From: Eledone cirrhosa
Taxonomy: Eukaryota
NCBI GenBank assembly: GCA_964016885.1
Contig: OZ024743.1
Coordinates: 343,232,001-343,296,000 of the forward strand
DNA length: 64,000 bases
Direction: 5' to 3'
This document shows positions 56,726-64,000 of this stretch, piece by piece. A model generated the notes under the pieces. It made no database searches. It worked only from the letters and a program-made list of their open reading frames with translations, and was not told the DNA's origin. The position numbers and the translations under genes are program-made. How positions within the stretch are numbered: position 1 is the stretch's first letter; each line of letters opens with the position of its first letter.

Positions 56726-56791
56726 TATTTCATTATACATATTTCAGGGATACCTAATTAAAAATATGGCATGCCTTCTTCAGATAAAATA
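56726..56791 (-). ncRNA. Type I hammerhead ribozyme (inverted pLTR copy)
   Basis: Reverse complement of 58938-59003 with two changes in helix II. Confidence 0.8.
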
Positions 56792-57004
56792 CAATATATA
56801 AGCAGTTTTATAAATAAATTTGACGTACTATAAGATATTGATCAACTTCCATTTAAAAAAGTTGGTTTGGTAGTGAGATGTTTGTAAATATTTAGTGTTA
56901 AGTACAGTTAGAAAGAAATACGGTGAGAAGGAATAAATGTATGTAAAGAAAAACAGAGAGAGATAGAGAGAGATATGGGAGAGAGAAATAGTGAGGAGGT
57001 GAAA

Positions 57005-57574
57005 AATATCACTATTTTTAATAGACATACTATAAAATTAACTTACTCGTCCACCAAAAACTTAGCACAAAATATTAACAGAATAAATAATAGGAATCTA
57101 AAACCTAGCCAAAATACCGATAATAGCCTAAACAATATTCAACTAAACAACTGTAACTGTAAAAATAAATCTAAATGTCCGTTAAATAACAATTGCTTAG
57201 TTAAAAATATAATATACAATTGTAATGTTAAAACTGACTTAAATTCTTTTAACTATGTTGGTTCCACCTCGACAGAATTTAAACTCCGCTATAATAATCA
57301 TAAGAATTCTTTCACAGATCCAGGCAAAAAATCTTCAACTTCACTATCAGGCTTACTCTGGCAACTTAAACATGATAACGTTGGATATTCGTTGTTTTGG
57401 AATATAGTCTCAAGAGGGATTCCTTTTAATTCCTCATCTGAGACATGTGACCTCTGCGTAGAGGAGATATTCTTTATATTAAAATCTAAAAATTCCCTTA
57501 ATCTAAGGAGCAATTTATTCAGTTGCTGCAGACATAGATTGAACTCAACGTTTAAATATAAATATAAAATGTAG
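57005..57574 (+). pseudogene. Penelope-like ORF C-terminus: CxCx5Cx5C finger plus GIY-YIG endonuclease
   Basis: CNCKNKSKCPLNNNCL, NIIY...YVGST, FKLRYNNH, CDLCVEE, LNLRSNLFSCCRH. RT is missing; the listed ATG at 56975 lies in the inverted pLTR. Confidence 0.9.
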
Positions 57575-58098
57575 TATATTTAGTTAAGATATTTATTTAA
57601 TTAATTATGAAACATGACGATAAATCTTTCGATTCCTTCAACTTTTTCTTTTTTAAACCTTCTTCATAAATATATACTAATGATGTAATTAAACTACCCT
57701 TAAATGTTGATGCTCCCAATCTATTGAATAAATTTTACGCTAGATAAACTTCTATACTAAATATAAGAGCATCTGTAGAACAACAGGGTCTCCTAAATCT
57801 TTTAAATGATTTCTGCTAAATAAGTCTTGTTGAATAATTTTGGTTTTTTGTTTGCTTTTGATTCTGATTGCTTCTAATGAACTTGGCAATAATATTGTCA
57901 GATAAATTGGAAGGGTTGATTTCTGTGGTTGATATGGGGGGCATACTGTGTTTTTTAAGACCCTAGACACTCTAGGGAGTGATGAAAGTATTCTTAGCGT
58001 TTTGATATATTGATATCTGTTGTCTATTCTATACATGAACGATAATCATGTATGTGAGGGCAGGAATATTAATATTAATATATATTTTTATGTATGTG

Positions 58099-58157
<59 letters not shown>

Positions 58158-58937
58158 AAATCTTTTATAACGCAAAGGAAAATTGTTTCATGTGAAATGA
58201 GAAATTACAGAGCTGATCACGTATGCTCACGTGTATATCTAGTGTCAACTAGAACTTGAGATGACCTTCTCTTTTTTCTCTTTCTTTTTCCGGAAAGTAC
58301 ATATATACTTATGTATTTTGAAGTTTTATCTCAGGTTTTTGATATATAGACCTAAGAATTTTTAAACTAAACATATGGTCATTATTTTTCACACATTATA
58401 TATCTATGTCTCATTCACGAATATTGATATTTACAGTATAATACCCAATTCATATAAATTGATAATTCAAATTGATAGAACATAACGTAAAGTTGTAAAT
58501 CTGTCATCTTTCTCTCTAGATATAGCTTTCTTCTCCTCTCTCTATACATGATGTAATCTATGTATCGCTGTTTTCTCTTTAGTTATTTTTATTTTTATTT
58601 TTCTCCGTCTCCTTAACACTATAAATAAATAAATAAATAAATAATTACAGTACTCCCTCCCCCCTAAATCTCTCATTTTGCATGTTGAATTATTATTATT
58701 CATCTGTTACCTCAGCTGCCTTTCATTTTTCACCTCACTATTTCTCTCTCCCATATCTCTCTCTATCTCTCTGTGTTTTTCTTTACATACATTTATTCCT
58801 TCTCACCATCTTTCTTTCTAACTGTACTTAACACTAAATATTTACAAACATCTCATTACCAAACCAACTTTTTTAAATGGAAGTTGATCAATATCTTATG
58901 GTACGTCAAATTTATTTATAAAACTGCTTATATATTG

Positions 58938-59003
58938 TATTTTATCTGAAGAAGGCATGCCATATTTTTAATATGGTATCCCTGAAATATGTATAATGAA
59001 ATA
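58938..59003 (+). ncRNA. Type I hammerhead ribozyme in pseudo-LTR
   Basis: TATTTTAT CTGAAGA AGG-C-ATGCCATATT TTT AATATGGTAT-C-CCT GAAA TATGTA TA ATGAAATA. Confidence 0.85.
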
Positions 59004-59390
59004 AATATGGTTTTATAAATATAGTTTCCATTTGTTTAATATCGTATAACTACTCCAAAACTTGTTGAGTGCTTTATATCAGTTATAAAATATTTACTCG
59101 TTGTAACCCAACAATTTTAAATAAAACTTTTGCATATATATGTATATATATATATATATATATATAATTCAATGATATTAAATAAATGGATACTATATTT
59201 ATAAAACCATATTTATTCTATTATATATATTTCAAGGGTACCAAAAACTTTGGTACGCTTTCAGATAAAATACAAAGAGTGTTTTATAAATTTTGACATA
59301 GCCAAGGAAAACATACCTCATCAGTTGAATATTCCTTGGGTAGCGAGATTATAGAACGGATTTTTCAAACTTATGGATGATTATGCAAAT

Positions 59391-61042
59391 CATCATCATC
59401 AACGTTTAACGTCCGTGTTCCACGCTTGCATGGGTTTGGACGGGGGTTTTCCCACTTGAGGCAAGAGTGATTGTCTTGCTCGCATAGAACTGTCTGGCAG
59501 GTTTTCTACAGTTGGATGCCCTTCCTAACACCAACCACATTTACAGTGTGGGGCTGGTAGGTTTTTACCGTGTTGCCTACACGGCCACATTACAGCGTGG
59601 ACTGTGTGTTTTTTTGTCGTGACACCTACACGATCTCATTTGTTTCGGCCTGGATGGTGTGGCACCAACATAACTTTACATAGAAGGGGGGTGGGGTGGG
59701 GGGGGGGGGATTTTGTTAGAGATGCCTACTGACTGTAGTAGGTTTTACTTTGTATTTAGGTAAGGCGGGTCTTCTCTATTACTGAGTACCGCCAAAGGTC
59801 TCGGTCCAGTGACATTGTCTTGGAGAGGTGTAAGTGTGTGAGGTCGGAGTTTATCAGCACGTCCCAGGTTTTTCTAGGTCTGCCTATTCCGTGGCTATCT
59901 TTATTGCCCTGCACTTTGTTATACAGTTGTCGTCTTTCATGCGCATCACGTGTCCATACCAACGTAGCCTTCTCTCGAGTAAACAACATCTGATCCCTCT
60001 TATTTCTAATTTTTTCCTTAGTTTGTTTATGCTTTGCCGTTCACGTATATTACTATTACACATCCAGCGGAGCATGCAAGCTTCGTTCCTCTCTAGTCTG
60101 CATATATCCTCTGCACACAATGCCCAGGTCTCACTGCCATGCAACATTGCTGTTCATATGCAGACATCATACAACCTGCCTTTCATTTTTAGGGAGAACC
60201 CTTTAGCGGCTAATAGTGGTATAAGCTCTCTGAACTTTTTCCATCCAGTTCTGACTCTAGCTACTGTACTTTCAGAGCACCCTCCCCCACTGCTGATTTT
60301 GTCACCCAGGTAACGGAAGCTGTCCACTATTTCTATAGAGCCCTCTGCGCAGTTGAAAGAGCTAGTATTTTGTGGGCACTTACTGCTACTTATTGCACCA
60401 GAGCACCGGCCACATGTGAAATCTATGTTCTTAGTTAGCTTACCTGTGATCCCACTACATCTTTTATGCACCCAAACTTTGCATTTCTGACACAAAATGG
60501 AGTTTCTACCTACGCCTTTCCTACACACTGAGCATGGCCACTTCCCGGAAGGGACCGCCGCCTTATTTTCTTTCCTACAAACTAGAACTTTGGTCTTAGC
60601 CAGGTTAATTTTAAGGCCTTTTGATTCTAGGCCGTGCTTCCATGTTTGGAATTTCTTCTCTAGCTCGGCCATTGATTCAGCTATGAGTGTTAGGTCATCT
60701 GCGTATAGGAGTTCCCATGGGCAGCCGGTCTTGAACTCCTCTGTTATAGCCTGAAGGGCAATAATAAATAGTAGGGGGCTGAGAACAGAGCCCTGATGGA
60801 CGCCAACTTTTACGCTAAACTCTTCACTATATTCGTTGTTAATTCTAACCTTGCTGACTGTTTCTTTATACATGGCTTGTATAGCTCTCACAAGCCATTC
60901 GTCGACACCTAGTTTTCTAAGAGCCCACCAGATAATGGAACGGGGGACTCTGTCGAAGGCTTTCTCCAAGTCGACAAAAGCTAAGTATAAGGGTTTACTT
61001 TTAGCTAGGTACTTCTCCTGTAGTTGTCGTACAATGAAAAGA
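59391..61042 (-). mobile_element. 5'-truncated RTE LINE inserted in the Penelope pLTR
   Basis: DLEKAFD...YADDL...PHD; GCAAAT duplicated at both ends; one stop and a 7-bp deletion. Confidence 0.95.
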
Positions 61043-61879
61043 GCAAATGAATATGTAAATAAGGTTGAGTTATATGATTGAAAAACCGTTATTTTAAACG
61101 CTATGGAAAGTTTTGATATATTAGTGAGAGAAAGAAAAAAGAAAAAGGAAAAAAGAAAAAGGAAGAAGGAAGAAGGAAAAGGGAAAAAAAGAATAAGACC
61201 ACTTATATACTTTAATTTGGCGGAAATAAATTTTATGTATATAATTATATGGAGAATTATGTTTGTAAGTATTTATCTTATTATAATATTGTAGTGGGTT
61301 AAATATATAAATATTAATAATAGCTTATGTATTTTTATTACAAATTTGTGATTATTAGTTTGTGATTATTAGTTGTTTATAATATGAGTTACGAGGGAAG
61401 TTGATTTTGTGTTTTATGTAGATAAATAAATAAATAAATAAATAAATAGGTAGTTCAAATTTTAGGTTGTTTTTAATATGAGTTACGAGAGATGTTGATT
61501 TTGTATTTTATGTAAATAAATAGGTAGTTAAAATTATGAATTTATATATTTGGATAACTTGTTCGGCATTGAGAATGTTTTAAATTAACGGAGATAGGTA
61601 TAATGAATTTATATGATTGAGAAAGGAAAGATAACTCCAATTTTATTTGTTAATCGATAAATTTTTAAGAGCTAGTGTGAGATTAATTAATTATTTAGTC
61701 GAAGGAAATATGAATGTTTAAACATCGTCTTGACTAGGATACATTTTCCTAAAGTCAGTTAATGGTTATTAATCTACGTTTTAAAAAAATAGCTTTAGAG
61801 GGTGTCATTGGAAAAATAAAGAATTTAAAAAATTTAAAAATTTAAAAAAAATTATAGAGATATACATAAATATATATAA

Positions 61880-61885
<6 letters not shown>

Positions 61886-61974
<89 letters not shown>
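61886..61974. repeat. Pure (CA)n microsatellite
   Basis: About 44 uninterrupted CA units. Confidence 0.98.
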
Positions 61975-61975
<1 letters not shown>

Positions 61976-62186
61976 TATATATATATTACTCTTTTACCCT
62001 TTTACCCGTTTCAGCCATCCGGCTGAGGCCATATTATTATAAGAAATTATATATATATTATAAGAAATTTTTGCTGAAAGGTGAAAGTACTACAAATATT
62101 CGAGATATTATGATTTACAGATAATATATTAAAAATATAAATTGTTAAAAACGATAGGATCATTTTGAAGATTTATAGGAATATTA

Positions 62187-62615
62187 TAAATTACACATAG
62201 TTCTGAATGTAGAATTTTGGCGATGTCTGCAAGAATTAAATAATTCTGTTCTGAGATTAATAGAGTTTTGACAGTTAATTATATAAAAAAAATTTCTTCA
62301 ATACACAATTTACAGAATTTTGATAAAGCCATATTTCGGTACGCAGGTGCCTTCAAAATCGTTTTCCAAGATATTGAATAGTCTATATTCTTGCTTTTTA
62401 AGTTCCATTTAAGATGTGAAAGAGAAGTAGAAGGTTTTTTATCAGATCTTCTAAAAGAATGATTGTGGTTATTCCAGCGATCTTTAAATTTTGTAGAAGT
62501 GGCACCGACAGTTAAATATATTATCACTAGTTTTAACTGTGCATTTATAGACTACATTTTTATCTAAACACTTATTTGGTAAAGGGCAGTTTGATTTGAT
62601 TCTTCAGTTACATTT
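62187..62615 (-). pseudogene. Frameshifted zinc finger plus GIY-YIG of Penelope-like element 2
   Basis: KCN(TGA)RIKSNCPLPNKCLDKNVVYKC.../VGATSTKFKDRWNNH...CKLCIEE.../INLRTELFNSCRHR. Confidence 0.85.
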
Positions 62616-62947
62616 TATACATTTAACCCACTACAATATTATAAGATAAATACTTACAAACATAATTCTCCATATAAATATATACATAAAATTTATTTCC
62701 TCCAAATTAACATATATAAGTGGTCTTCTTTTTTTCCCTTTTCCTTCCTTTTCTTTTTCTCTTACTAATATATCAAAACTTTCCATAGCGTATAAAATAA
62801 CAGTTTTTCAATCATATAACTCAACCTTATTTACATATTCATTTGCATAATCCTCCATAAATTTGAAAAATCCGTTCTATAATCTCACTACCCAAGGAAT
62901 ATTCAACTGATATTCCTTGGCTATGTCAAAATTTATAAAACACTTTG

Positions 62948-63009
62948 TATTTTATCTGATGAAAGCGTACCAAAGTTTTTGGTACCCTTGAAATATATAT
63001 AAAAGAATA
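62948..63009 (+). ncRNA. Type I hammerhead ribozyme (inverted pLTR of element 2)
   Basis: TATTTTAT CTGATGA AAG-C-GTACCAA...TTGGTAC-C-CTT GAAA TATATA TA AAAGAATA, with one helix I mismatch. The sister copy at 59214-59272 has a perfect helix I but a 3-nt core deletion. Confidence 0.78.
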
Positions 63010-63037
63010 AATATGGTTTTATAAATGTAGTTTCCAT

Positions 63038-63281
63038 GGAGGCACATGGCTTAGTGGTTAGAGCATTGGCCTTGCAATCGAAAGGTTGTGAGTTCAATTC
63101 TCAGACCGGGTGATGTGTTGTTTCCTTGAGCAAGACACTTTATTTCACATTGCTCCAGTGCACTCACTGTAAATGAGGTTGGTGTTAGGAAGGGCATCCA
63201 GCTGTAGAAATCAAGCCAGAATCAGTTCCTGTCCCACCCTTGCAAGCAGGGAAAAAGCAGACGTAAAAATGAAATGAAATG
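63038..63281 (+). mobile_element. tRNA SINE with family-B head and RTE-derived 3' half
   Basis: A and B boxes, CCTTGAGCAAGACACTT, then sequence matching RTE 48242-48314 and the 39780-39830 RTE tail; ends in (GAAAT)n. Confidence 0.9.
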
Positions 63282-63540
63282 ATTTATTTAATATCATTGA
63301 ATATTTACTCCAGAAATCTGTCGAGTTTTCTGAATCAGTTATAAACATTTATATTTGTTGAATTTCCAACAAATTAAATATCCCTTCCACTTATATATAT
63401 TTTATTATTTTTTTCATTCTTAAATTGGTTTTGTTATTGTGTATTTTCACTCAATTTTATTGTAAACCCCCACTGTCCCTGTCTTTGTATAGTCCCCTAT
63501 ATGTCGGCCCTTGTGGCCAATAAATGAAACCATTATTATT

Positions 63541-63738
63541 ATTGGCAGTATCGGTAGAGAGTCGGACACCATGCTTTGCAGCACAGAGTTATGTCCTTTT
63601 ACAGTCTGAGTTCAAATCCCGCCGAGGTTAACTTTGCCTTTTATTCTTACAAGGTTGATAAAGTACCAGTAATGCACTGGGATAATTTCTGGCCTTGTAC
63701 CAAAAGTAGAAACATTATTATTATTATTATTATTATTA
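63541..63738 (+). mobile_element. SINE family A with (ATT)n tail
   Basis: TTGGCAGTATCGGTAGAG...GTTCAAATCCCGCCGAGG. Confidence 0.88.
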
Positions 63739-64000
63739 CTAGCAGAAAAACCACCCTTTGGGTGGTTTTCTGCTAGCATGTGTAGTGTGTATGTTGATAT
63801 TATACACAGGTATATATACATGTAGATATGATACACCAAATAAAATCGTAATTGACAATATACACAGAAATTGAACGAAGACTGTGTTACACTGTCTTAT
63901 GTAATCAGTAACGTAATCCATGATACATTAAAAAAAGACGATATTATATATAAACTGCATTAGGAGAAAATTAGTGATAGAAAATTAATATGTTTATTTA
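63739..64000 (-). mobile_element. Second copy of the hairpin-CTAG Helitron-like element; runs off the window
   Basis: Reverse-complement match to about 12250-12509. Confidence 0.75.

Larger units (their letters stand above)
56682..59132 (+). mobile_element. Penelope-like element 1 (Naiad-type), 5'-truncated, with inverted pseudo-LTR
   Basis: 56682-57005 is the reverse complement of 58725-59047; flanked by (TA)n; contains a GIY-YIG ORF. Confidence 0.9.
59166..63390 (-). mobile_element. Penelope-like element 2 (Naiad-type), 5'-truncated with inverted pLTR, interrupted by an RTE and a SINE
   Basis: pLTR 59166-59390 plus 61043-61305 is inverted relative to 62615-63037 plus 63281-63301; GIY-YIG remnant at 62187-62615. 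Confidence 0.88.

Noticed and set aside
59214-59272. Active hammerhead
   Set aside because: The core CTGATGA is reduced to CTGA by a 3-nt deletion, so it is presumably inactive.
61103-61294. Lys/Arg-rich 63-aa ORF
   Set aside because: Translation of the purine-rich strand of the Penelope pLTR.
61760-62165. SECIS candidates at minus-strand ATGA (about 62160 and 61805)
   Set aside because: No helix II of proper length with apical AA and an opposing GA could be built by eye.

Overview
AT-rich, repeat-dominated eukaryotic DNA, most likely an octopus/cephalopod intron or intergenic region (inferred from the SINE and RTE families and the very large TA/CA microsatellites). No host protein-coding gene can be called with confidence; only weak exon candidates are present. 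About 14.2-37.3 kb is a strand-polarised (TA/CA) compound microsatellite field with a 200-N gap, which produces all the long Y/I/M/C/V/H/T ORFs as artefacts. The rest is nested mobile DNA: one near full-length and several 5'-truncated RTE LINEs with a PHD finger inserted in the RT region; CR1-group, L1/Tx1 and R4/Dong fragments; two 5'-truncated Penelope-like (Naiad-type) GIY-YIG elements capped by inverted pseudo-LTRs; Helitron derivatives; piggyBac-like and Tc1/mariner MITEs; fold-back elements; and many tRNA-derived SINEs. The most interesting signals are: (i) type I hammerhead ribozymes from three sequence families that share a C.C mismatch in a long helix II and a near-palindromic helix III; (ii) an in-frame TGA at the second Cys of the CxCx5Cx5C zinc finger of one Penelope-like element (possible selenocysteine); (iii) the PHD finger inside the RTE RT; (iv) a SINE head found with two different tails, one of them RTE-derived. 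All coordinates were read by eye and TE boundaries are approximate.
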